Source: Squalus acanthias (taxonomy: Eukaryota). From it: a stretch of DNA of 64,000 nt. Below, piece after piece: positions 26,294 through 39,275 of the stretch. The position numbers and the translations under genes were made by a program. Where the stretch lies: the NCBI GenBank assembly GCA_030390025.1, contig CM059432.1, forward strand, positions 107,944,001 to 108,008,000, in the 5' to 3' direction. The notes beneath the pieces were generated by a model. The model ran no database searches. It was not told the origin of the DNA and was given only the letters and a program-made list of their open reading frames with translations. The first letter of the stretch is position 1. Every line of letters begins with the position of its first letter.

Positions 26294-28176
26294 CCCCCAC
26301 AGAACCATACAGAAACTGGGGAAGATCCCCTTGGTTACAGTTTGGCTCAATTCTGCTGCCTGGGAGGTTGGTATGCGGCTTTCAATAGTGAAACCAGCCA
26401 CCAAGCAGATCCCAGGTCAGGGTTGAGGAAACTCCAAGGCCTGGGAGGCCCTTTAACCCTGCGCACGCACCCTTTGACATGGGGTGGAAACTCTGGCGGG
26501 GTAGGCAGAATGGTGGGCACATGCCTGCACTTACTCTGGGATCACAGGCATGCATTTAAAGGCCCTCAGTGATTACAGTGGGGAGGCATTTGTATTTTTA
26601 TTTGGAGTGCATATAAAGGTGAACTTCAACTTTGGTTATGAGAGCTGAATTTTTCATTTTTGTTTTTTGCAGGTTGTTGCTTTTTGGAGGTCTTGGTCCC
26701 TTTGGAGATCTTAGGAGATGTTTAGCAGCACAATTTGTTATTGTTACATGTGTGTACGTTAAACTCTACCCCGGAAACCTACCTGCGCACACTTTGGTGC
26801 TATTTTGCATAACATTAATCTGATTCTTGTCATCACACTCAAAAATACCAAAATATACGCCAGTTTAGTTTTACATTTACGCATTTTATACAAGGGGGAA
26901 AGTGACCACAAATGGAAAGTTTCCAGCTGAAGATGATTGACTGACTTTCACTAGGAACTGAATTACTCATTTCTGGGAGCAGATAGATCTTGTGTCAAGC
27001 ACAAGATAAACTGGAAAATATAGCATACGCCATTTTTACAACCAGCTATGTGACATTCAGGATAACATGACGATTATAATACAAGTCTAAAAGGTTCATC
27101 ACTTGCTGCACTTTCACCTGTTAATAACCACTCACTCACTCAGTTGCTCACAGTGATTACTGCACTGTTTCATAGGAACAGGAGCAGGCCATTCAAAACC
27201 TCAAGCCTGTTCCGCCATTCAATTAGATCATGGCTGATCTGTACCTTAACTCCGCCTTTGCTCCATATCCCTTGATACCCTTACCTGACAAAAATCTATC
27301 CATCTCTGTCTTGCAAATTACAATTGTCCCAGCATCCACAGCCTTTTAGGGGAGAGAGTTGCACATTTCCACCAACCTTTGTGTGAAGAAGTGCTTCTTC
27401 ATTTCATTCCTAAATGGCCTGGCTCTAATTATAAAGTTATGTACTCAATTCAATGTCACCAGCACATTGTAAAGCTTTAATTCATTTATCCCACTGGTCA
27501 GTGTTGAAACAATGGTAATGGAGAGCATACTGAGGATACTGGCTATTGAGGAGTAAAAGATACAGTCCAAGTCTTCAGCAAGTACTGCTGAAGATTATAG
27601 ACCTCATTATGCTCTTCATATTCATTCAGAACAAGCCAGCTATTCCCACTCCACAAACTTCTTAATCAAAAAATGAAAATGTAAACCATCAATCTCTAAA
27701 ATCACTAAAATAATTTTATTTATGAAGATGGTTTTAAATTCATTCTCGGGATGTGGGCATTGCTGGCATGGGCAGCATTTATTGCCCATCCTAATTGCCC
27801 TGAGAAGGTGGTGATGAGCTGCCTTTTTGAAGTGGTTTGATACAACTGAGTGGGTCACTAGGCTACTTCAGAGGGCAGTTAAGGGTTAACCATGTTGGTG
27901 CGGGTCTGGAGTCAAATGTAGGCCAGACTGGTTAAGAATGGCAGGTTTCCTTCCCTAAAAGGACATTAGTGAACCAGTTTTTACAACAATCCAGTGGCTT
28001 CATGGTCACTTTTACTGATATCAGCTTTTTATTTCCAGTTTAAAAAAAATGAATTCAAATTCTCAAACTGCCATGGTGGGATTTGTACTCAAATTCTCTG
28101 GATTATTAGTCCAGGCCTACTGGATTGCTAGTCCAGTAACAGAATCACTACATCACCATATCCAAATCAAGTTTAC

Positions 28177-29580
28177 AATAACAAAATACTGCGAATGCTG
28201 GAAATCTGAAATAAAAACAGAAAATGCTGGAAATACTCAGCAGGTCAGGCAGCATCTGTGGAGAGAGAAACAGAGTTAACGTTTCAGGTCAATGACCCTT
28301 CGTCAGAACTGGAAAAAGCTGGAGATGTAACAGGCTTTAAGCACGTGCAGGGGCAGGGAAAGGGGGAGGGGAGGAAAGAACAAAAGGGAAGGTCTGTGAT
28401 AGGGTGGAAGGCAGGAGAGATAAATGACAAAAGGTATGATGGTGCAAGGCGAAAGGAGATGGTAATGGGAAAAGTAAAGAAACAAAAGATGGGTCGAGAG
28501 TAAGTGTAAATGGGAATGGCAGAATCATTAACAACAGCTGCTGTCCGAAAAAATGGGGGCAGTGATTATGATCTGAAATTGTTGAACTCAGTGTTGTGTC
28601 TGAAAGGCTGTAAAGTGCCTAATCGAAAGAGGAGGTGCTGTTCCTTGAGCTTACATTGAGTTCATTGGAACAGTGTAGGAGGCCGAGGTCAGAGTGGGAG
28701 TGGGGTGGAGAATTCAAATGACAGGCGACTGGAAGCTCGGGGTCACGCTAGCGGACTGAACGGAGCTGTTCGGCAAAGCGATCACCCAATCTGTGTTTGG
28801 TCTCCCCAGTGTAGAGAGACCGCATCGTGAGCAGCGATTACAGTATACTAAATTGAAAGAAGTACAAGTAAATTTCTGTTTCACCTGGAAGGGACCGTTC
28901 CCTCCGCGACACCCTGGTCCATTCTTCAATTACCCCAAAAAACAACCCCTTTCCACGGGACCTTCCCGTGCAAGCGCAGGAGATGCAACACCTGCCCTTT
29001 GACCACTTCCCTTCCCACCATCCAGGGCCCCAAACACTTCATTCAGTCACCCATCATTTTAATTCTCCACCCCACTCCCACTCTGACATCTCTTTCCTTG
29101 GCCTCCTAATCTGTTCCAATGAAGCTCAACGTAAGCTTGAGGAACAGCACCTCATCTTTCGATTAGGCACTTTACAATCTTCCGGACTCAATATTGAGTT
29201 CAACAATTTCAGATCAATATCACTGCCCCCACTTTTTCCAGACAGCAGCTGTTGCTAATGATTCTGCTATTCCCACTTATACTTATTCTAGACCCATTTT
29301 TTGTTTCCTTACTTGTCCAATTACCACCCCTTTTGCCTTGCACCATCATCCCTTTTGTCATTTAATCTCTCCTGCCTTCCACCCTATCACAGACCTTCCC
29401 TTTAGTTTTTTCCTCCCCTCCCCCCTTTCCCTACTTCTGTACTTGCTTAAAACCTGTTACATCTGTAACATTTTCCAGTTCTGACGAAGGGTCATCGACT
29501 TGAAACGTTAACTCTGTTTCTCTCTCCACAGATACTGCCTGACCTGCTGAGTATTTCCAGCATTTTCTGTTTTTATTTCA
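28177..29580. mobile_element. Penelope-like inverted remnant, unit 3
   Basis: Duplicate of 5878-7273. Confidence 0.88.
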
Positions 29581-30255
29581 AGTTTCACATGATCCAGTGT
29601 GATGGAATACTCTCCACTTGCCTGGATGAGTGCAGCTCCAACAACACTCAAGAAGCTCGACACCATCCAGGACAAGGCAGCCGCTTGATTGGCACCCCAT
29701 CTACCACCTTAAACAATCACTCCCTCCAACACTGGCGTACCGTGGCTGCAGTGTGTACCATCTACAAGATGCACTGCAGCAACTTGCCAAGGCTTCTTCG
29801 GCAGTACCTCCCAAACCCGCAACCTCTACCACCTAGAAGGACAAGGGCAGCAGGCGCATGGGAACACCACCACCTCCAAGTTCCCCTCCAAGTCACACAC
29901 CATCCTGACTTGGAAATATATCGCCGATCCTTCATTGTCGCTGGGTCAAAATCCTGGATCTCCCTCCCTAACAGCACTGTGGGAGTACCTTCACCACACG
30001 GACTGCAGCGGTTCAAGAAGGCAGCTCAACACCAAGGGCAATTAGGTATGGGCAATAAATGCTGGCCTTGCCAGCAAGTCCCACATCCCATAAATGAATA
30101 AAACAAAATGATCTGCTAAAAACTAATATTACAAACATTATCACACTTCAACTCTTTAAGGCACACTATGCAGCCAGCAGAACAAAAGGTTTGAAGACGA
30201 GACTGCCGATAGTGAGATTATGGAATGAGAAAGCTCCAGAGGAAATGTGACTCAC

Positions 30256-30318
30256 CACTGTATCAAACACGCTTTGGTTGGACAGCTCTGCGGTTCCCTC
30301 AGTGATACCAGCATCCAG
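30256..30318 (-). CDS. AMPH: 63-nt exon LDAGITEGTAELSNQSVFDTV, copy 3 (first transcribed)
   Basis: ccttttgatgtctcctttttaaag|CTG...GTG|gtgagt. Strong splice sites, phase 0-0, non-repeat sequence, downstream of the FNGFTQ exon. Weak resemblance to human '...TDQSMICNL'. Confidence 0.65.
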
Positions 30319-30435
30319 CTTTAAAAAGGAGACATCAAAAGGAAAAGTGTGAGTCAGAAGAAGAAAGGAATACAGGGGGGGAAAAAATCTCACCAGGCAG
30401 GCCTGAGACACTTGTGAATCTGTTAAACTAATCTA

Positions 30436-30758
30436 AGGACGGAGAGAGAGGAAGGGATATGGAGAGAGATCTGCTGCAGACAGCAGGATTTGACACGTTG
30501 GACCCCCTGGGACACATCTCATTGTCTTGGCTGTGCTCTTGGTGTGTGTTTGATCTAAGGAAAGATTGTATCTCTGCATTTTCTGTGTTTATATTCTGTG
30601 AACTTTTGTAGATTCACTCATTGTAACTTTACCTGAAGAAGGGGCGATCGATAGCTCCGAAAGCTTGTAATTTTAAATAAATCTGCTGGACTATAACCTG
30701 GTGTTGTGCGACTTCTCATTTTTGTCCACCCCAGTCCAACGCCGGCATCTCCGCATCA
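30436..30758 (+). mobile_element. Same 323-bp insertion, unit 3
   Basis: Identical sequence and TSD. Confidence 0.8.
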
Positions 30759-33427
30759 AAACTAATCTATGTAATAGCTCTCAAGGATTAATCAGATTGT
30801 GTAATACAGGGTAAGGAGCACAGCTGGAAGACACTTCCATGTGTCAGAAGCTCATTAATATTCATCTGCACAAGCTCCAGCACTGTATGATCTGCAGGAA
30901 TCCTTAGTCAGAGACAACTGGCCTCCAAAAAGATGAAACGCTATTAAGTGTCAGAGTTGGTATGCATTCTCACCTCTGAGTCACAAGGCTGTGGGTCCAA
31001 GCCAAACTCCAAGATTAAAGCATGTAATCTAAGGCGATACTTCAATACAATACTGAGGGAGGGCTGCATTGTTACAGGTGCTGTTTCGCAGATGAGATGT
31101 TGACCCCATGACCCCCACCTGTCTGCTCAAGGTGAATGTAAAAGGTCCTGTGGCACTATTCATAGAGGAGCAGGGAGTTCTTCTGACAACATATCCAACA
31201 TTCATCGCTCACCAAACACCAGCAAAACAGGTCAATTGGCCATTCATCTTGTTGCTTTTTGCGGGACCTTACCGTGTGCAAGTTGGCTGCAGTGTTTATC
31301 TATATAACAACAATGACTACACTTCATTGGCTGTAAAGCAATTTGGGACACCCTGAGGATTTGAAATGTTCTTTCTTCTTTTCTAACTGATCAAAACAGT
31401 TAAAAAAAATGACAAATTAAAAAGTGTTTTTTGAATAAACGGATAAAGGGATGCAGTAGATTTGTGCACGAAATTTCAGAAGACGTCCAATAAGGTGTTG
31501 CACAAGAGGTTGTTAGAAAAATTCAAGTATACGGTATAAGAGGAAAAGTGGAATATGGATAGAAAGTTGGTTGACGGACAGAAAACCAAAACATAGTGTA
31601 CTGGGCGTTGCTCGGATTGGAGAAGCATTGGAAGTGGTGTACTCTAGGGTACAGTGCTGGGCCCAGTCGGTATATACAGATGACTTGGACTTGGGAATAG
31701 AGAGCACAATCTCAAACTTTGCTGACAACACAAAAATAATACATTTTGGGAGGAAAAACAAGGAATGGGAGTATAAAATCAATGGAAAGGCATTGAATGA
31801 TGTGGATGAACAGAGAGACCTAGGGGTTCAAATACATTATTCTCTGAAAATGTGAGTATGGGTAGATAAAGCTATAAAAAAGGACAACAGCATCTTGGGT
31901 TTTATAAACAGGGTCACTGAATTCAAGAGTAAAGCAATTATGATTTTTTTGAGAAAAATTGTGTAGTGTAGTGGTTATGTTACTGGATTCATAATCCAGA
32001 GAGTGTGATTTCAAATTCCACCATGAGAGAATGGAACAGAGAGAAAGAAATGGAGAGAATGGAAGAGAGAGAAAGGAAGAGAGAGAAAGGAACAGAGAGA
32101 ATGGAACAGAACCATGCAAAAAAAACTTGAAAAGCTGAACCAAAGTGAAGTAATTAAAATGTATTTTAGTGATTTATTGCTATGGGGATAATATACAAAT
32201 ACAGTGGCAGATGAAATCTGACATGCTTTATTTTTGAAATACTGCCATGGAGGAAGTGCAGCGAAGATTCCCCAGACTGATACCTGGGATGGCAGGGATG
32301 ACGTATGAAGAGAGATTAGGTCGATTAGGCTTATATTCGCTAGAGTTTAGAAGAATGAGAGGGGATCTCATTGAAACTTATAAAATTCTAACAGGACTAG
32401 ACAGACTAGATGCAGGAAGGATGTTCCCGATTGACGGGGAGTCCAGAACCAGGGGTCACAGTCTAAGGATAAGGGGTAAGCCATTTAGGACTGAGATGAG
32501 GAGGAATTTCTTCACCCAGAGAGTGGTGAACCTATGGAATTCTTTACCACAAAAGGCAGTTGAGGCCAAATCATTAAATATATTCAAGAAGGAGTTAGGT
32601 ATCGTTCTTAAGGCTGAAGGGATCAAGGGATATGGGGAGAAGGCAGGGACAGGGTACTGAATTTGGATGATCAGCCATGATCTCATTAAATGGCGGAGCA
32701 GGCTTGAAGGGCCAAATGGTCTACTCCTGCTCCTGTCTTCTATGTTTCTATGATCGCGATCAAGAGGAGTGGTGTGGGGGGAGCGTGAAGCTCAACCAGT
32801 GGCGGCCCAAGGTCTCCTTTGTGGGAGCAGGAGGAGCAGGAGAGCAATGTGTTTTATGTTTCCTACATTACAACAGCGACTACACTTCAAAAGTTGGCTG
32901 TAAAGCTCTTTGGGAATCCTGAGGTCGTGAAAGGCGCTATATAAATGCAAGTCTTTCATTTTTCTTTCTTATAATTTGAGCTGACGAAGGAGACTAGAAC
33001 TCCAATTCTAACCCAGCCTGCCCGATGGGAATGGGGTAGACAACGGTTTGAATTCGCTTCTGGGTGCCGTTGCCGAACCACTCACGATATCTGCTATTTT
33101 AACAGGCAACTTTCTGGCCCGAGACAAGCGAGCGCCCAATTACTGGAGCACATTGTGGTCTGATGACATAATTGCAATGTGCAAACTACTTTAGCTATGG
33201 CTTGACTAAGGCCTGCAAAGTCCCAGACCCATCAGCAAAGGCTGGCAGGCAGCAGGATCATGGCTAAAAGAGACTGGTAAGTCTTTGTGATTGATTTTCT
33301 AAAGGTTCCTTGTGGGCCAGGAAGAGCAGGAGTGCTCCTCCTGATCCCACAAAGGAGACCTTGGGCCACCACTGGTTGAGCTTCACACGCACCTGCTCCC
33401 CCCACACCACTCCTCTTGATTGCGATG

Positions 33428-36400
33428 ATAGAAACATAGAAGATAGGAGCAGGAGTAGTCCATTCGGCCCTTCAAGCCTGCTCCGCCATTCAATGAGATC
33501 ATGGCTGATCATCCAAATTGAGTACCCTGTCCCTGCCTTCTCCCCATATCCCTTGATCCCTTTAGCCTTAAGAACTATATCTAACTCCTTCTTGAATATA
33601 TTTAATGATTTGGCCTCAACTGCCTTCTGTGGTAGAGAATTCCACAGGTTCACCACTCTCTGGGTGAAGAAATTCCTCCTCATCTCAGTCCTAAATGGCT
33701 TACCCCTTATCCTTAGGCTGTGACCCCTGGTTCTGGACTCACCCGCCATCGGGAACATCCTTCCTGCATCTAGTCTGTCTAGTCCTGTTAGAATTTTATA
33801 AGTTTCAATGAGATCCTCTCTCATTCTTCTAAACTCTAGCGAGTATAAGCCTAATCGACCTAATCTCTCTTCATACGTCATCCCTGCCATCCCAGGTATC
33901 AGTCTGGTGAATCTTCGCTGCACTCCCTCCATGGCAAGAACATCCTTCCTCAGATAAGGCGACCAAAACTGCACACAATACTCAAGATTATGTCTCACCA
34001 AGGCCCTGTACAACTGCAGCAAGACATCCCTGCTCCTGTACACGAATCCTCTCGCTATGAAGGCCAACATACCATTTGCCTTCTTAACCGCCTGCTGCAC
34101 CTGCATGCTTACCTTCAGCGACTGGTGCACAAGGACACCCAGGTCTCGTTGCACCTCCCCTTTTCCCAATCTATTGCCGTTCAGATAATAAGCTGCCTTC
34201 CTGTTTTTGCCACCAAAGTGGATAACCTCACGGTTATGCACATTATACTGCATCTGCCATGCATTTCCCCACTCACCCAACCTGTCCAAATCATACTGGA
34301 TTTTCTCTGCATCCTCCTCACAGCACACTTGTCCACCCAGCTTTATGTCGTCTGCAAACTTGGAGATATTACATCTAGTTCCCTCATCTAAATCATTAAT
34401 ATATGTTGTGAATAGCTGGGGTCCTAGCACCGATCCCTGCGGTACCCCACTAGTCACTGCCTGCCACTCGGAAAAAGACCCGTTTATTGCAACTCTTTGC
34501 TTCCTGTCTGCCAACCAGTTCTCTATCCAAATCAGTACCTTACCCCCAATCCCATGTGCTTTAACTTTGCATGCTAATCTCTTATGCGGGACCTTGTCGA
34601 AAGCCTTCTGAAAGTCTAAATACACCACATCCACTGGTTCTCCCCTATCAATTCTACCAGTTGCATCCTCAAAAAATTTCAGTAGATTTGTCAAGCATGA
34701 TTTACCTTTTGTAAATCCATGTTGACTTTGTCCGATCCTGTCACTGTTTTCCAAGTGCTCTGCTATTAGATTTTTATAATGGACTCTAACATTTTCCCCA
34801 CTACCGATGTCAGGCTATAATTCCCCATTTTCTCTCTACCACCTTTTTTAAATAGTGGGGTTACATTAGCTACCCTCCAATCCATGGGAACTGTTCCAGA
34901 GTCTATAGAATTTTGGAAGATGACCAGCAGTGCATCTACTATTTCTAGGGCCACTTCCTTAAGTACCCTGGGTTGTAGATTATCAGGCCCTGGGGATTTA
35001 TCGGCCTTCAATCCCGTCAATTTCCCGAACACCATTTCCCTACAAATACTGATTTCATTCAGTTCCTCCCTCTCATTACACCCTATGTTCCCCGACCTCA
35101 CTGGGAGGTTATTTGTGTCCTCCTTTGTGAAGACAGAACCAAAGTATGTATTTAATTGGGATGCCATTTCTTTGTTCCCCATTATAAATTCCCCTGATTC
35201 TGACTGCAAGGGACCTACGCTTGACTTCACTAATCTTTTTCTCTTCACATATCTATAGAAGCTTTTACAGTCAGTTTTTATGTTCCCTGCAAGCTTACTC
35301 TCATACTCTATTTTCCCCCTCTTAATTAATCCCTTTGTCCTCCTTTGCTGAATTCTAAACTGCTCCCAATCCTCAGGTTTGCTGCTTTTTCTGGCCAATT
35401 TATATGTCTGCTCCTTGGATCCTATGCTATCCCTAATTTCCCTTGTTAGCCACGGTTGAGCCACCTTTCCTGTTTTATTTTTATGCCAGACAGGGATGAA
35501 CAAATTCTGTAGTTCATCCATGTGATCTTTAAATGTTTGCCATTGCCTATCCACCGTCAACCCTTTAAGTAGCATTCCCCAATCCATCCGAGGCAACTCG
35601 CACCTCATACCATCGTAGTTTCCTTTATTTAAATTCAGGATCCTAGTTTCTACGTCAACTATTTCACTCTCCATCTTAATGAAGAATTCTATCATATTAT
35701 GATCGCTCTTCCCCAAGGGACCTCGCACAACAAGATTGCTAATTACTCCTTTCTCATTACATAATACCCAGTCTAAGATGGCCTGATCTCTAGCTGGTTC
35801 CTCGACATATTGGTCCAGGAAACCATCCCATATACACTCTAGGAATTTCTCCTCTACAGTATTGTTACTAATTTGGTTAGCCCAATTTATATGCAGATTA
35901 AAGTCACCCATGATAACTGCTGTGCCCTTATTGCACGCATCTCTAATTTCCTTTTTAATGCCATCCCCAACCTCACCACTACTGTTTGGGGGTCTGTATA
36001 CAACTCCCACTAACGTTTTCTGCCCCTTGGTATTTCGCATCTCTACCCATACAGATTCCACATCTTCCGAGCTAATATCCTTCCTTACTATTGTGTTAAT
36101 CTCCTCTTTAACCAGCAACTTTACCCCACCTCCTTTTCCTTTTTGCCTGTCCTTCCTGAATATTGAATACCCCTGGATGTTGAGTTCCCAGCCTTGGTCA
36201 CCCTGGAGCCATGTCTCCGTAATCCCAATTATATCGTATCCGTTTACATCTATTTGCGCAGCTAATTCATTCACCTTCTTACGAATGCTCCTTGCATTAA
36301 GACACAAAGCCTTCAGGCTTGTTATTTTAACACTCTTAGTTCTTTTAGAATTATTTTTAACTGTGGCCCTGTTTGATTTACACCCTTGATTTCTCAGCCT

Positions 36401-36560
36401 TCCACTTTTGCTTTTCTCCTTCCTATCTTTTGCTTCTATCCTTGATTCCCTTTTCTCTGTCTCCCTGCACAGGTTCCCAACCCCCTGCCATTTTAGTTTA
36501 AACCCTCCCCAACAGCACTAGCAAACACTCCCCCTAGGACATCGGTCCCGGTCCTGCCCA
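33428..36560 (-). mobile_element. CR1 LINE 'B': complete but broken ORF2 (CLNARSI start; break near 34766) plus the end of ORF1
   Basis: ORFs 34766-36307 (endonuclease/tether) and 33264-34754 (reverse transcriptase). CR1 tail at 33428. Confidence 0.96.
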
Positions 36561-37001
36561 GTCCCCCACCCCTGCTCACTTGCTGTGCCGGGAACCGTTT
36601 TCTTGAGGGACCCGTGCAACGGCTTACAGCCGCTCGATTTCCCACTTCCGCCCACCGGCCTCTACGTCATCCCCGTTGGCTTTGGGTGGGAGTCCGTGAA
36701 GGAAGAACAAAATGAGACCCGGGAGTTAAAATCGCCAGGTGCTCACGCTTCAAGGGGGCTGAGTGGATTGCTGCCTTCTTCGGCACCCGCAATAACCCCC
36801 CACCCCTGGTTAAAATCAGGGCTTAGAATTCCCAGGAATCGCTGCCTACGAAGGGTAAATTCCACTTTCTTACTATATGGTATGAGAAGCAGTCATGGGA
36901 CACAACCTACAGGTTACTGACAATAACCCAATTCTGACTGTGTCAATCATGAGTCATTGGATCTTCCACTCCTGGGGTAGGATTCTCAGGGTTGTACATA
37001 C

Positions 37002-37037
37002 TGCGTCCTTCGTATACTGATCGTTTTCTACATTGAG
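37002..37037 (-). CDS. Weak candidate 36-nt exon LNVENDQYTKDA
   Basis: ctttgtggtag|...GCA|gtatgt, frame-preserving and in unique sequence. The polypyrimidine tract is poor and I recognise no homology. Confidence 0.2.
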
Positions 37038-37689
37038 CTACCACAAAGTTTCTATTTTGAGAGCACGCTGTTCAATAAGGTAATCTGAGATCGCGGGAAA
37101 TCACATGCTCTGCAACAAGTTACATTTAATGTACTTTGCAGCATTAATTCATTCCACACCATTCCAGCTTTTCTTTCTGCTTCTCTCTCAAAGCCAGTAC
37201 CTCCTACTCAGTTACAGCTCGACCTTCTTCAGCAGCCCTCCTCTATCTGGGACAAATGTATGAACTATATAGCATATATTTGATGATACAATCCCCCTGA
37301 ATGTTCCTCCAACTCCAGTCTCATGTGCCCCCTTTCACCCCACCATTGGTGGCAGTACCTTCGCTGCCTGGACCCCACTCTCTGGAACTCCCTCCCTTAA
37401 CCTCTCCACCTCCCTCCCCTTCCTTTAAGACTCCTTAAAACTCATGTTTTTTGCTCGAGCTTTAGGCTACAAAAATGCAAGTTGTTGTTGAATTGGCCTC
37501 TCTGACCTGCTGCTCAGACCACCTCACGCACATATCGGGAATTCCAAACGCAGAGGCCAGAGGACCCAGAATTCTCCAGCTATTATAGTTGGAAAAAATA
37601 GCATGCTGACTTCTGTACCCAAACTCCTGATATGCATTCCTGACTGGCAAAGCTCTGTGCCAGGAGCTCAACCAAATGTGTAAAACATG

Positions 37690-39275
37690 CTCTTATATTG
37701 CTCTCCTGCCGGCCTCCCATCTTCCACCTTCCATAAACTTCAGCTCATCCAAAATTCAGCTGCCCATTTCCTAACTCGCATTAAGTCCCGTTCACCCATC
37801 ACTATGTACATTGGCTCCCAGTCCACCAACACTTCAAATATAAAATTCTCATCTTCATGTTCAAATCCCTCCATGGCCTTGCCCCTCCCTATCTCTGTAA
37901 CCTCCTCCAGCCTTACAATCCTCCGAGAACTCTGCATTCCTCCAATTCTGGCCTTTTGCACTCCCCAACTTCCTTCACCCCACCATCGACGGCCGTGCCT
38001 CCAGCCGTCTAGGTCGAACCTCTGAAACTCCCTCCCTAAACCTCTCTGCCTCGCTCTCCTCCTTTAAGACACTACTTAAATCCTATGGGGTGATTTTCCC
38101 TGGATACTTTAGGCACTAAAGAGTCTCCGAGGTGGCCAAGATTGGGTCTTAAGCTGAAATGCTGGTTCAGCCCACGTTTAGCGCAAGATGACATCTTGGT
38201 AAAGGAATTGAAGCTTGCACTAGGAATGGCCGCCCAGAGGATCGTTAAAGGGCTGATTGCCACTTACATTGCCTGCTAGAGCTCATTAAGGAGGCTGCAC
38301 GGTATTTTGGTGGTTAGCACTTGAACTAACGGACTCTCCTAACAGCGACTAGCTGATTGGGAGTAAACAAGTCATTGCAGATTATTTTGAGCGCTACTTA
38401 AAGGTATATCACCTTTTACTGTTCACTTGCTGCTGGAGGTTTGAAGAGGACTTTTAAAACACATCAGGAGACTTACTGAGATAGTTTTTCAAAACTTCAC
38501 CAACACTCTATCAACATTTATTCTGGAAATTCTCTGAGGACTTCACCTAAAAAGAGTACGTAATGTGCTACTCTACATTATTGGACACCTTATAGGAGTC
38601 ACCAGGAGAAAGAGAATGCTTGGTCATGGGCATCTTGCTAGGGGTCCCCCTTGGTCTGCAGGGAGGAGGACATGAGGCCAGGCAGAGCAGCACCAACTGC
38701 ACCAGGAAAGAGGGACAGGAGGGCGAGGTGGACTCCTTCCCTCCTGCGGGTACAGGACATCCCTCCTCCTCTGGACCTCCTCCACCAGGACCTCCAGTGC
38801 CGTGTCCGAGAACCTGTGCGCCCTCTCCCTCGGTCCCTGAGCCATCCTGCAATGTGCTGCTGTGTGTCAGCCAGCGCACTCCACACCTTCAGTGGAAGTG
38901 GGTGCATGGAGCCCACATATACTGCTGCACGAAAATTTTGCCCAATCAGCACTTGAGTGCTAAAGCTGCAGGTGTCTCTGGTTTAGCGCCTCCAGGCAAG
39001 TTCAACTTATGGTAATCAACAATTAGGACCAAAATTGTATGCTAAAACCAGACTTTCAAACAGACGTGTCTTATTAGCACAGCACCAATTCAGCGCCTGT
39101 TTTCACTCTTTCACAAAAATAACGTCCTACATCTTTGACCAAGCTTTTGGTCACCTGTCCTAGTATCTTCTTCTTTGGCTCGGTGCTAATTTTTTTGTCT
39201 GCTTACGCTCCTGTTAAGCTCCTTGGGAAGTTTTACTACTTGAAAGGTGCTATATAAAAGCAAGTTGTTGTTGTT
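37690..39275 (+). mobile_element. L2-like LINE 3' fragment interrupted at 38087-39127
   Basis: KLQLIQNSAA remnant. The 3' part resumes at 39128 (catctttgaccaagcttttggtcacc) and ends gctatataaaagcaagttgttgttgttg. Confidence 0.7.
38087..39127 (-). mobile_element. PIF/Harbinger-like non-autonomous DNA transposon with a Myb/SANT-like ORF remnant
   Basis: Peptide RERAHRFSDTALEVLVEEVQRRRDVLY (38845 downward). Imperfect TIRs ggggtgatttt / aaaataacgtcc. Near-TSD TAT/TAC. Confidence 0.6.

Larger units (their letters stand above)
1400..33510. repeat. Tandem triplication: unit 1 ~1400-13860 (12.46 kb including a private CR1), unit 2 ~13860-23690, unit 3 ~23690-33510
   Basis: Same sequence and ORFs recur at offsets of 9829/9828/9822 bp (12682/22511, 18221/28049, 21286/31108) and 12460-12471 bp for the left part of unit 1. 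Confidence 0.97.

Noticed and set aside
33264..33520. C-terminal extension of the CR1-B reverse transcriptase
   Set aside because: Caused by a TGA>TCA stop loss with read-through into the 3' UTR and flank of an already broken ORF.
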